Source: the human T2T-CHM13v2.0 reference genome, Homo sapiens
DNA length: 64,000 nt
Assembly: GCF_009914755.1 (NCBI RefSeq)
Contig: NC_060944.1
Strand: one strand, 5' to 3'
Shown here in pieces: positions 15,116-41,140 of the stretch (positions within the stretch are counted from its first letter, which is position 1; each line of letters starts with the position of its first letter). The notes beneath the pieces are model-generated. The model saw only the letters and a list, made by a program, of their open reading frames with translations, did not search any database and was not told the DNA's origin. A program made the position numbers and the translations under genes.

Positions 15116-16850
15116 AGATCACTGTATTCTTTGGTGTTCTCCTTGTATTTTTTTTTGTTATTGCCTTACATTAATGTGTGTGCATTTGAAGAAATAAGGA
15201 CATTTCAGTCTTTGAAGACTAGTTTTTTCTGGGGAAGCCCTTTATCAGTCATCCGGAGGTTCGGGAGAGGCCATCTGGCATGATCCCAGGTCATACTTGC
15301 TGCTAGAGTCCTCAGGCAGGCTGGCCTGGTTCCTGGGTCAGGAGGTGGGTGGGCCTGGTGCTTGAGTCCACAGGGTTGGGCCTGAAGGCTGGATCCACTG
15401 GGGTGAATTTGTTGATTGGGTCTGCAGGAATGGTGTTGGAGCCAGGGTTCAAGAAGGCAGGCCTGGACCTTGTATCAGTGAAGGCCAGCCTCATGCCTGG
15501 GTACACAGGAGCTAACCTGGCTCTGGGATGGACCGTGAGCCTGAATCTACAGGGTCTGGCCAAGTTCTGGGAGGGGGATGGCACCTGGGACTATTGAGAT
15601 GGGTCTGGAGCCTGAGTACCTCAGGGCTGTCCTGGAGCTTATGTCTGCAGGGGTGTTCTTGGAGCCTCAGCCTATGGGATCCGGCCTAGAACTGAGTTCT
15701 ACTGGGGTGGGCCTGGACCCTGGATCTGCTATATCAGGCCTGGACTCTGGGTTCACTGGGCCTTGGGTGCACATGGACTGGCCTGGAGCCTACAGTCAAC
15801 CTGGTACTGGGGCTAGTGTGGAGTTTGGTTCACAAGGGCTGGTCTGGAGCCTCAAGATCATGGGCACTGACCTGGTGCCTAGAGTCACTGGAGCTGTCCT
15901 GGAGCCTAGAGCCAAGAAGCCTGGTCCAGCTCTGGAGTCTACTGAGACTCTTGGACCTTCAGTCAAATGGAGGGTGGTGCTATGGAGACTGGCCTGGCAC
16001 TGTGCAGGCCTGAGCCTGTGTCTGTAGGTATCTTCCTGGTGTTTAAGGCCAGGGATGCTGATCTGGCACTGGAATGGGTGGGAAGCCTGAGGCCACGGGG
16101 GTTGGCTTAGTACTGAGTGGTCCTGGATCTTGTATTTGTAGGGCCTGGCCTGGAGGCTGAGTCTGCACATGCTGGTCTGAGGAGTAGGGCTGTGGAAATC
16201 AACCTGGTGCTGAGGTAGACTTGAAGCCTGAAGCTATGAGGGCCAGCCCAGTGCTGGAGAAGGTCCAGAGCTTAGGGCCTTGGGGTCTGCCTGGCCCTGG
16301 GATGGGCTTAGAACATGACTCTGTTGGGGCTAGCCTGAAGCTAGGACTGCTGGGGCCTGTCTGCCACTGGGGCCGCTAGGGTTGAGCTGGCACTAGAGCA
16401 GACCCAGAGATCAAGTCTACTAGGCAGACCTGGAGCCTGGGGCTGCTGAGGTCAGCCTATTTGTAATTTCTTTCTTCTGACAATTAGAAACCTTACTCAA
16501 ATTATCTTCCAGTTATTTACTTATTTGTTTAAACTTGTATATATGGAAAGTAGTTTTAGAATTGTTTATCCATATCTCTGTGAGAAACCATTTACCAGAC
16601 ACCTGCTCTCTAAACAACTGAGTGAAAGTGCTACTGAAAATTCCCCACATTAAAAATGGGACAGAAATAAAATTCTGTTCTGTGAAGCCCATGAAATTAG
16701 CTTATCAGTTCTAAGCTTATCAGATGGGACAGCAAAAGTTGGAAGGTAGTCTACAATGTAGGAGAGGAACAATACTGGGGATTTGTAATAAGGGTACTCA
16801 TGGGTGGTGGGATGAGCTGAAAAAAGGCAAGGCCACTACTGGTAAATAAG

Positions 16851-16856
16851 TTTATT
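16851..16856 (-). terminator. WFDC11: WFDC11 polyadenylation signal AATAAA
   Basis: tttatt on + strand, ~140 nt past the stop codon. Confidence 0.75.
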
Positions 16857-16992
16857 TGTCAAGTGTTTGCTGTTGTCCAGCTCTCAGTAAAAATAGACTG
16901 GTGTTCCTAAAAGTAGCCACAGGGTACTACTATGAGACCTCTTAAACATTTCCCAGCCCACACAGGTGGCAGCCTGGTGGGAAGCTACGGTT

Positions 16993-17013
16993 TTAGTAAT
17001 CTCCACTGGTTTC
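16993..17013 (-). CDS. WFDC11: WFDC11 last coding exon (ETSGDY*)
   Basis: TTTACAG|GAA ACC AGT GGA GAT TAC TAA; phase 0 fits the upstream donor. Confidence 0.9.
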   Translation of the reverse strand, partial: ETSGDY

Positions 17014-17458
17014 CTGTAAAACAAAAAGGTTAGATTTTTAGAGGCTAGAGAACTCTGAGAAACAAGCATTCATTCCCCCTGCTTAATAGTATCCATGTTC
17101 ACCAGACAATGGGACAAGAATACTTTAACGTAACAACAGGAGTTGTCCACTTCTGAGTAGGTGAGGTATTGGACAAAAAAAGGTGGAGACTTTGGGCCTG
17201 GCTGAGCCAAATGGCCCATGGGAAAGTCTGACTATGGAAGCAGTGGTTAGAAATCTGGACAAATTTAGGAAAAATAGCAAACTATGGTGTAATACAAAGA
17301 AGACAACACAGACAGGTATTGATTATATAATGAAAGAAACAATGGGGTCTAAGCTGGTGTCTTGATTTACTCGCCAGTGAATTGCTTTCCAAGTTAAAGG
17401 GACATTGTCTTCTGTTATTTTTGTACCTAGAATTTGGGGTACCTCAGTCTTCTGTTTA

Positions 17459-17713
<255 letters not shown>

Positions 17714-18482
17714 TCAGCCAAGAGCGGAAAGAAAGGCCTTTCATACGTTTAACAGTTCCTCCTGGAATCTGGGCCCCAAATTCCAACCAAGATATCTATT
17801 TGCCTTTTAAGGGAATTGCCTTCATGAGCCTCCTCAAATTCCTGTCATTATACATTCACTGACCCTATTGCATCTTCACTGACTTCTTTTCCTTCTCGAC
17901 CTCTGCAGGCTTTACCAGTGTTGCAGGCCTCTGGGCCCTCTCTGAGCATCCCAACGATAAAACTCAGTCAACCCGGAGCATTCATGTAACCTCCTATAAA
18001 ATCTGCATTTACATAACAGGAGATCTCAGGGCCCGGCATATCTTGTAGCCTCATTGCAATGCCTATTTCACAGAGTGGGGAGCTAGGCCAGGTCAAGTAA
18101 GAAACAGATTCTCTCCCTTTTTCTTTCCCTACTTGCTGACTCTGTGTTTAATAACTCAGCCTCTCTTCAAATTCTTATCTCTCTCACTCAGTTTTCTTAG
18201 CCCCTCTATTCACCCCATTTTCTCATCATATGACCCCCAAGGTTGCCCCACTAAGAAGGGATCTCAAGCCTCTTTCCTAACTTTTCACATTCTGAAAGCC
18301 TTGCCACTGAAACTAAGGGTATGTATTAAGAAATGCCCATTTGGTACTCATATGACAAAGTATATGCAGCTAGGGCACAGGGATACCAGTATAGAGCTAC
18401 AGGATTAGCTCTATACTGACATCTGACCCTCAAAGACAGCCTAACATTGGAAAATATTTTTATGTTTATAGCTTATGGTATA

Positions 18483-18560
18483 TATACACACACACACACA
18501 CACATGTGTTTGTATATATATAGAGAGAGAGAGAGAGAGACAGAGAGAGAGAGATAGACA
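18483..18560. repeat. Compound (CA)n/(TA)n/(GA)n microsatellite in a WFDC11 intron
   Basis: Direct reading. Confidence 0.9.
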
Positions 18561-18766
18561 GATATTGCTATTTTAAAGGTTAAAAGAGGAAGCATTGAAG
18601 GACCTCAGCTTAGGGATTTCTTGAATCTCTGTGCATACAAAATTGTCATTCTCTGATGGGTGATACTACGAAGGTGGGTCCTGAGTCAGATACAGCGGAC
18701 AATGAAACCCCCTCCCTTGTTCAGAAACAAGCTCATCCCCCTCCTGTGGCCCCTAATCCAGCCTCA

Positions 18767-18925
<159 letters not shown>

Positions 18926-19194
18926 CTAGAGATCAAGACATATAAATAGGGAAAGAGAGGTGTGAAGCAAGAGAAAGTGCTTGTCGAATTTCTTCATTCT
19001 TTATCTTCTCACTATTCCCCCTAGGCCTCTGCCTACCCAACAACTGGCACACCTAAGCTGAGCGTTGGCTTTGCCAAAAGGAATCCCTCCATCTCACACC
19101 TCATGTTTTCCTTTTGCTGGAAAAAAAATATAATGTGTTGCCTTATTTTGATTAAAACATAATTCAAATTCAGCTTACAAAAAAATTTTTTTAA

Positions 19195-19450
19195 ATCGTT
19201 TATTTTAGGTTTGGGGTACATGTGAAGGTTTGTTACACAGGAAAACTTGTATCATGAGAGTTTGTTGTACAGATTATTTCATCACCCAGGTATTAAGCCC
19301 AGTACCCAACAGTCATCTTTTCTGCTCCTCTCCCTCCTTCCACCCTTCACCCTCAAGTAGACCCCAGTGTTGGTTGTTCCTTCTTTGTATTCATGAGTTC
19401 TCATCATTTAGCTCCCACTTATAAGTGAGAACATGCAGTATTTGGTTTGA
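19195..19450 (-). mobile_element. Short 5'-truncated old L1PA 3' end
   Basis: ggggtacatgtgaaggtttgttaca ... gctcccacttataagtgagaacatgcag. Confidence 0.75.
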
Positions 19451-19532
19451 ACAAAATTCTTTTTGAAAATGTATTCAACATTTATTGAACACCTACTATG
19501 TGCCCAGCACTATTATACACCATATATATAGA

Positions 19533-26135
<6,603 letters not shown>

Positions 26136-26319
26136 TTAGCTTACAAAATTCTTAAAACATAAAAAAGCACATAGAACATAGTGAAAATATTTCTAGCAAT
26201 TCCACTATATCGATGTATAATATTCTATCTTTCATATGTGCATAGATATAAATATAGATTTTTTATAAAACAAAATTATATAAGCTTGCTGTTATATAAT
26301 GACTTTTTGAAAACTATTA

Positions 26320-28675
26320 AGATATAACTGACATATAAAAAACTATTTATAGGACATATTTAATGTATACAACTACAATGAGTTTGAAGACAAGTATACA
26401 CCCATGTAATCATCATCACAATCTAGGCCATAAACATATCCATCACCTCCAATAGTTTCCACTGGCCTTTTTACTTATTATTTGGTGTGTGTGTGTGTGC
26501 AATAAAAATAAGACCTATCATCTTAACAAATTTTTAAGTTTGCAATACAGTATTGCTAACTAAGGGCACTATGCTATACAACAAGTCTCTGAGATGTATC
26601 CATCTTGTATAACTGAAATTTTGTGCCCTTTGACTAATATCTTCAATCTCTCTGCTTGTTATTGGTCTGTTCAGGGTATCTAATTCTTCCTGATTTAAGT
26701 TAGGAGGGTTGTATTTTTCCAGGAATTTATCCATCTCTTCTAGGTTTTCTAGTGTATGTGTGTAAAGGTGTTCATAGTAGCGTTACATGATCGTTTGTAT
26801 ATCTGTGGTGTCAGTTGTAATATCTCCCATTTCATTTCTTAATGAGCTTATTTGGATTTTCTCTCTTATTTTCTCGGTTAATCTTGCTAATGGTATATCA
26901 ATTTTATTTATCTTTTCAAAGAACCAGCTTTTTGTTTCATTTATCTTTTGTATTTTTTTGTTTCAATTTCATTTAATTCTGCTCTGATCTTGGTTATTTT
27001 CTTTTTTTATCACACTTTAAGTTCTGGAGTACATGTGCAGAATGTGCAGGTTTGTTATATAGGTATACACGTGCCATGGTGATTTGCTGTACCCATCAAC
27101 CCGTCATCTACATTAGGTATTTCTCCTAATGCTATCCCTCCCCCACATCCCCCGCCGACAGGCCCAGGTGTGTGATGCCCACCCCCCCGTCCATGTGTTC
27201 TCATTGTTGAACTTCCACTTATGAGAACATGCAGTGTTTGGTTTTCTGTCCTTGTGTTAGTTTGCTGAGAATGATGGTTTCCAGCTTCATCCATGTCCCT
27301 ACAAAGGACATGAACTCATCCCTTTTTATGACTGCATAGTATTCCATGGTGTATATGTGCCACATTTTCTTAATCCAGTCTATCATTGATGGACATTTGG
27401 GTTGGTTCCAAGTCTTTGCTATTGTAAATAGTGCTGCAATAAACATACATGTGCATGTGTCTTTATAGCAGCATGATTTATAATCCTTTGGGTGTATACC
27501 CAGTAATGGGATTGCTGGGACAAATGATATTTCTAGTTCTAGATCCTTGAGGAATCACCACACTGTCTTCCACAAGGGTTGAACTAGTTTACAGTCCCAC
27601 CAACAGTGTAAAAGTGTTCCATTTCTCCACATCCTCTCTAGCACCTGTTTTTTCCTGACTTTTTAATGATTGCCATTCTAACTGGCGTGAGATGGTATCT
27701 CATTGTGGTTTTGATTTGCATTTCTCTAATGACCAGTGATGACGAGCTTTTTTTCATATGTTTGTTGGCTGCATAAACGTCTTCTTCTGAGAAGTGTCTG
27801 TTCATATCCTTCGCCTACTTTTTGATGGGGTTGTTTGGTTTTTTTCTTGTAAATGTGTTTAAGTTCTTTGTAGATTCTGGATATTGGCCCTTTGTCAGAC
27901 GGATAGATTGCAACATTTTTCTCCGATTCTGTAGGTTGCCTGTTCACTCTGATGACAGTTTCTTTTGCTGTGCAGAAGCTCTTTAGTTTAATTAGATCCC
28001 ATTTGTCAATTTTGGCTTTTGCTGCCATTGCTTTTGGTGTTTTAGTCATGAAGCCTTTGCTCATCCCTATGTCCTGAATGGTACTGTCTAGGTTTTCTTC
28101 TAGGGTTTTTATGGTTTTAGGTCTTGTGTTTAAGTCTTTAATCCATCTCGAGTTGATTTTTGTATAAGGTTAAGAAAAGGATCCAGTTTCAACCTCCTGC
28201 ATATGGCTGGCCAGTTTTCCCAGCACCATTTATTAAATAGGGAATGCTTTCCCTATTGCTTGCTTTTTTCAGCTTTGTCAAAGATCAGATGGTTGTAGAT
28301 GTGTGGTGTTATTTCTAAGGTTTCTTCTGCTGGGTTTGGATTTGGTTCTTGTTTCTCTAGTCCCTTGAGCTGTGACATTAGCATGTCAATTTGTGCTCTT
28401 TCAGTCTTTTTGATGTAGGCATTTAGGGGTATGAACTTTCCTGTTAGCACTGCCTTTGCTTTATCCCAGAGGTTTTGATAGGTTGTGTCACTATTGTTGT
28501 TAAGTTCGAATAATTTTTTAATTTCCATCTTGATTTCATTTTTGACCCAATGATCATTCAGGAACAGGTTATTTAATTTCCATATATTTGCATGGTTTTG
28601 TAGCTGTTTTTGGAATTGATTTCCAGTTTTATTCCACTGTGGTATGAGAGAGTGCTTGATATAATTTCAATTTCC
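26320..28675 (-). mobile_element. Nested old L1 fragments: L1M 3' end (~26320-26640), L1PB-like ORF2 (26640-27000, 28320-28675), truncated L1PA7-like (27002-28320)
   Basis: ORF2 remnants 26534-26734, 27726-28064, 28253-28528; L1PA 3' UTR at 27010-27250. Confidence 0.75.
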
Positions 28676-34843
<6,168 letters not shown>

Positions 34844-35361
34844 ATGAGTATTTCTTATCAACCTGAGCCTTATCTTACATGATCATACTACAGTTATCAA
34901 CTTTGTTAAATTTAACCTTGATCAAACATACTTTTATCTATTCTATCATGAGTATTAAATTTTATCACTTCACCCAATAATGTTCTTTTTCTTTTATGAA
35001 ATTCAAATTTTGGAAGAATACAGCCAACCTTTTCTTTGAACTGAATAGTCTTCAATTGGGGTTTATCTGAGATTTTCTTAAGATTAGATATAAGTTATGT
35101 ATTCTCAATGGGAATAGCATGTAGATGATGCTGTGTCCTTCTCAGGATATCATATATGGAGGCACACAATGTCTATCCATGTTATCTTTCTCTGTCTCAG
35201 TTTCTCCATTTGAATAACATAAACAATAATTTATTCCATAGAGGGATAGTGTTGGCATGATGCAGGGGCATGATTTGGGCAGGGAACCCATCCAAGCAAG
35301 ACAAAGGTGAAAGCTTTTACAGGCTCACACTTCCAGCCCCAGGACCCTGACCCCCACCTAC

Positions 35362-35443
35362 CTTTGAAGATGTTGGAGTTGGAGGTGCTGAAACCTATTT
35401 GACTGGTGGCTCTTCTTCCTTGCCTCTAGGAACCATGGAGCCC
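35362..35443 (-). other. WFDC11: Candidate non-coding 5' UTR exon of WFDC11
   Basis: CTGTGCAG| acceptor and AAAG|GTAGGT donor in a unique-sequence island upstream of the acceptor-bearing ATG exon. Confidence 0.5.
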
Positions 35444-35949
35444 CTGCACAGTGAGTAGGTGGTGAGCAAAACCAGTCAATTATGCAGATCTTAGTCATGC
35501 TTCTGGTTGTGGCAGATCTGTAAGTTCTGTCCCAAACCATAAGTTGGGTACATATAGAACATTGTCCCTGAATTCCTATTCAAGGAGTACTTTCTTCTTT
35601 TTGCTGCAGGCAATATAGATAGAGACAGAACACTGTGGACCTGCAGAATCCTCTGCTCCCCTAACACACACACAAGTCTGGCTGATTGTGGACACTCAGA
35701 CACAAGTCTGGGTGATTGTGGAGTGGAAGGAGGATCTACATATCTATTTTTTTTCTAACATTGTGTGAGGACCTTCATAAAGTCTCATCCATCTTTATAT
35801 TAATTTCTCCATTGCTAGCATCAGCCTAACACCACCTTATCAGCAATCTCTTGTGACTTTTGTGAGGAAAAGAGAGATCTCTTCCAAGAGGGCTTCGAAA
35901 ATATCACATAACATGTAGATTTTAAATATATAGACTTAAACTATACTCA

Positions 35950-36385
35950 AATCCTACATCCCACTTACTCTAGGAAAGTCACTAATCATCTCTGTGCCTC
36001 AATTTCCTCATTTTTAAAGTGAGAATAGCAGTACTTTCTTCATAGGATTTTTGGGAGGATTCCATGAGTTATTTTGTGTTAAACACTGAGACCCAATGTC
36101 TGGCATATAAGCAGTGCTATGTATGGTTTGCTAAATAAACCAATAAAACACTTATTGAAGTGTTCAGAATCACCCAGTTGGACACCAAATTCACTATGAG
36201 TCAAATATTTAACATGTATTAACCAATACTCTCAGTGACCCAGTGAGTTTAGTGCTAAATATTTATATTTTGCCAATGCAGAAACTGAAGCATCGAGGAG
36301 CTAAGCAACTTGCCCAAGGCCACACAGCCAATAAGTGGTAGAAACAAGATTTGAAAGGAAGTGAATTCAGAGCCAGGTATGCCAG
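35950..36385. mobile_element. MIR fragments
   Basis: tctctgtgcctcaatttcctcatt; gaaactgaagc..aagcaacttgcccaaggccacacagc. Confidence 0.7.
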
Positions 36386-37768
36386 ATGGTGAAGCCCACA
36401 GCTTTTCCTGGGCCTCAGAGCCACGATACATCTTGGGCTTATTCCCATCACCAAGGCACTCTCTCTAGATACCCTTACAGTGCTAGCAGAGGGGCATAAT
36501 GGGAAGGGAAATTTCAGGAGCTGAGCTGACTGTGAGAGGCTCTGAGTAAGTCTTGACTGGGTCTAGGAATATTCCCAGAGTTGTTTGGTTGGGATGAGAA
36601 AGTGGGAAAGTGGGAGAGAAGCAAAGCCTGTAGATTGTCCTAACATTTTCTTCTCTAGTTCTATTTCCTTGCCTCTTCCCACTTTACAATATACTCTTGG
36701 CCTTGTCCTATTCCTGGGACCCCTCATCAATTTATATCATTTACTTCTCTCCGTAGGAAAAAAAAAAGAAAAAGATTTCTTTTCAAGATGTCATTTTTTG
36801 CTCTTGTACTAATAAAAGAGCAACTCATGCTTAGTGCATAAATTTTGTAAAAATATGAAAATGACAATTAAATTTAAAAATAATTGTTAATCTTGTCAAC
36901 CTATGCTAACATTTGTGCATATATTCTAGTAGACTTTTTCTTATGTACATATATATTTTTATATAGTGGATAATCCTGTGACTATTTTTAAGTTTAACAT
37001 TTACAATAAATATTTTCCTGTACTCCTAAATATTTTCAAAAATTTCATAGATTGGTAGATTACTCTGCCAATTAATCACCAGTTGTTGACAAGCTTGGTG
37101 GTTTCAGTTTTTCCCTATTGTAGAAATTCACTATTAGTTACATAATGATAACTAAATCCTTGAGTATTTATTTATTTATTCCTTGGGAAAGCCAATAAAA
37201 GTAGAAATACAGATAATTCAATCTGTGCATAAATATTACCAATTCTCTCTTCATAATGTTTAGGCTATACTTGCACCAACAAAGAAATGGTCTGAAAATG
37301 TCAGACCATTTCCTTCATCTTGACCCTGATATAGACATTCAGAGGATTCAGATGGTAGGTCGGAGGAGCCAGCAGGCTATTGACTATTCACAGTTGTCTA
37401 GTGTCACAATCACAGGCCTTACACTCATCCGATGTAAACTTAAAACCCATCTTTACAGAGGCAGATACTAAAAAATTAAAATTAAAATTAAAAAACCATC
37501 TTTATCATTTGCTAACTCCATGACCTTGGGTAACTCATTTCACTTCTGGAAAACTCCATTAAATCACATGGAAAAATTATAGCACAGGCATACCTCATAG
37601 ATATTACAGATTCAGTTCCAGGCCACCCTAATAAAGTGAGTCAAACAAATATTTTGGTTTCTCAGTGCATATAAAAGATATGTTTACACTATACTGTGAT
37701 CTACTAAGTGTGTGACAGCATTATGTATAAAAACAGTGTACATATCTTAATCCAAAAATAGTTTATTG

Positions 37769-40700
37769 ATAGACATCAATACCAAGAGCTCTCAAAACCA
37801 CACACTTACATGTGCTTGTTAGTACATGCTCCTGTTCCTGAATGACTTTTTGGTAAACAACAAAATTAAGACAGAAATCAAGAAGTTTTTTGAAACTAAT
37901 AAGAACAAAGATACAACATACCAAAATCTCTGGGACACAATTAAACCAGTGTTGAGAGGAAAGTTTATAGCACTAAATGCCCACATCAAAAAGTTAGAAA
38001 TATCTCCAATTAACCTAACATCACACCTAGAGGAACTTGAAAAACAAGAGCAAACCAACCCCAAAGCTAGTAGAAGAAAAGAAATAACCAAAATTAGAGC
38101 TGAACTGAACAAAATGGAGATAAGGGAAACCATACAAAAGATCCATGAAACCAAAAGTTGGTTCTTTGTAGAATAAATAAGACTGGTAGACCACTAGTTA
38201 GACTACTAAAGAAAGAGAAAATCCAGATAAACACAATCAAAAATAACAAAGGGGATATTACCACTGACCCCATAAAAATACAAACAAAAATCAGAGACTA
38301 TTACAAACACCACTATGCACACAAACTAGAAAACCTACACAAAATTGATAACCTCTTGGAATCATACAAACTCCCAAGATTAAACCAGGATGAAATTGAA
38401 CAGACCAATAACAAGTACCAAAATTTAATCAGTAATTAAAAAAAAACTTACCAACCAGAAAAGGCCCTGGACCAGATGGATTCACAGCCAAATTCTACCA
38501 GACATATAAAGAAGAGCTGGTGCCAATCCTACTGAAATTATTCCAAAAACTTGAGGAGGAGGGACTCCTCCCTAATTCATTCTATGAAGTCAGCATCATT
38601 CTGACATCAAAACCTGGCAGAGAGACAACAGAAAAAGAAAACTTCAGACCAATATCACTGATGAACATAGATGCAAAAATCCTAAACAAAATACTAGCAA
38701 ACCAAATCCAGCAGTATATCAAAAAGCTAATCCACCACATTGTTTCCTGTTGGGAGCTCCCTGCAATACCCACCCCCCCTCCCCCCTGCCCCGCAAAAAA
38801 ATGAATTCACCACAATCAAGTAGGCTTTATCCCTGGGAAGCAAGATTGATTCAACATATGCAAATCAATACATGTGATTCATCACATAAACCAAACTTTA
38901 AAAAAAGATCATCTTAATAGATGCAGAAGAGGCTTTTGATAAAATTTAACATCTTTTCATGTTAAAAACCCTCAACAAACCAGACATCAAAGGTACATAC
39001 CACAAAATAGTAACAGTCAACTCTGACAATCCCACAGCCAACATCATAATGAATTGACAAAAGCTGGAAGCGTTCCTCTTGAGAAGCGGAACAAGACAAG
39101 GATGCCCACTCTTGCCACTCCTACTCAATATAGTATTGAAGTCCTAGCCAGAGCAATCATGCATGAGAAAGAAATAAAAGTCATCTAAATAGGAAGAGAG
39201 GAAGTCAAACTATGTTTGACAGACAATATTCACAGACAATATAAGCCTAGAAAACCCTGTAGTCTCTGCCCAAAGCTTCTAGATCTGATAAACCACTTCA
39301 GCAAAGGTTCAAGATACAAAATCAATGTACAAAAATCAGCATTTCTAGCAGCATTTCAATCGTATGAAATGCATAGAAATATGTCCAAGCTGAGAGTCAA
39401 ATCAAGAATGCAATCCCACTCACAATAGCCACAATAAGAATAAAATACCTAGGAATACAGCTAAACAGGGAGGTGAAAGAGCTTTACAATGAGAATTATA
39501 AAACACTGTATCAGAGACAACACAAACAAACAGAAAAACATTCTATGCTCATGGATAGGAAGGGTCAATATTGTTAAAATAGTCATACTGCCCAAAACAA
39601 TTTACGGATTCAATGTTATTCCTATATACAAACTACCAACATTTTTCACAGAATCAGAAAAAGCCATTTGAAAATGCATTTGGAAGCAAAAAGGGCCTGG
39701 ATAGCCAAAACAATTCTAAGCAAAAAGACCAAAGCTGGAGGCATTATACTTCCAGACTTCAAACTATACTACAAGCCTACAGTAACCAAAACAGCATGGT
39801 ACTGGTACAAAATGAGAATCATTAACAAATGAAACAGAATAGAGAACCCAGAAATAAAGCTACACACCTACAACTGTCTGATCTTCAATGAAGCTGACAA
39901 AAACAATCAATGGGAAAAGGACTTCCTATTCAATAAATGCTACTGGCATAACTGGCTAACCATATGCAGAAGAATGAAACTGGACCCCCACTTTTTACCA
40001 CATACAAAAATCAATACAAGATGGATTAAAGACTTAAATGTAAAATCTAAAGCTATAAAGACCCTAGAAGAAAATCTAGAAAATACCATTCTGGACATTG
40101 GCCCAGGCAAAGACTTCATGATAAAAACTCTACAAGCAATTGCAACCAAAACAAAAATTGACAAGTGGGACCTAATTAAACTAAAGAGCTTCTACACTGG
40201 AAAAGAAACTATCAACAGAGTAAAAGACAACCTACAGAATGGGAACAAATATTTGCAAACTATGCATCCAACAAAGATCTAATATCCAGAATCTATAAAG
40301 AACTTAAATCAACAAGCAAAAAACAAAAAAAAATTTTAATGGGTAAAGGACATGAACAGACCCTTCTCAAAAGAAGACATAATGTGGCCAAAAAGCATAT
40401 GATAAAAATGCTCAGTATCACTAATCATTAGGGAAATGCAATTCAAAACCACAATGAGATATTATCTCACACCAGTCAGAATGGCTGGTGAGGGAGAAAA
40501 GGGAATGCTTGTGCAGAGCTGGTGGTGTAAATTATTTCAGCCACTGTGAAAAGCAGTCTGGAGATTTCTCAGAGAACTTAAAATAGAACTACCATTTGAC
40601 CCAGCAATTCCATTACTAAGTATATATCCAAGAGAATAGAAATTGTTCTACCATAAAGACATATGCCTGCGTATGTTCATCACAGCACTGTTCACAATAG

Positions 40701-41140
40701 CAAAGACATGGAATCAACCTAGGGTGCCCATCAATGGTGGACTCGATAAAGAACATGTGGTATGTATACACCATGAAATACTACCTATTTTTAAAAATGA
40801 GATCATGGCCTTTGCAGCAACATGGATGGAGCTGGAGGCCATTATCCTAAGCAAATTAAGCAGGAACAGAAAACCAAATACCACACATTCTCACATAAGT
40901 GTGAGCTAACCATTGAGTACACACGGGCACAAAGAAGGGAACACTAGACACTGGGACCTATTTTAGGGTGGAAGTTGGTATGAGAGTCGGATTGAAAAAC
41001 TACCTATCATGGATTATGCTTATTACCTGGATGGCAAAATTATCTGTACACCAAACTCCCACAACACACAATTTATCCATCTAACAAACCTGCACATGTA
41101 CTCCTTGAACCTAAAAGTTGGCAAGGCAAAAAAAAAGAAG
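37769..41140 (+). mobile_element. 5'-truncated old L1PA/L1PB inserted in Tigger1
   Basis: ORF2 remnants 37826-40282, 3' UTR and A tail; TSD aaaaata(g/c)tttattg 37754-37768 / 41141-41155. Confidence 0.9.

Noticed and set aside
13556-15197. Many Pro/Gly/Arg-rich ORFs and repeat-spacer-like periodicity
   Set aside because: SVA VNTR and Alu-like region; not coding and not CRISPR
35620-35645. Possible androgen response element (AGAACA half-site)
   Set aside because: Second half-site is poor; cannot be supported from sequence alone
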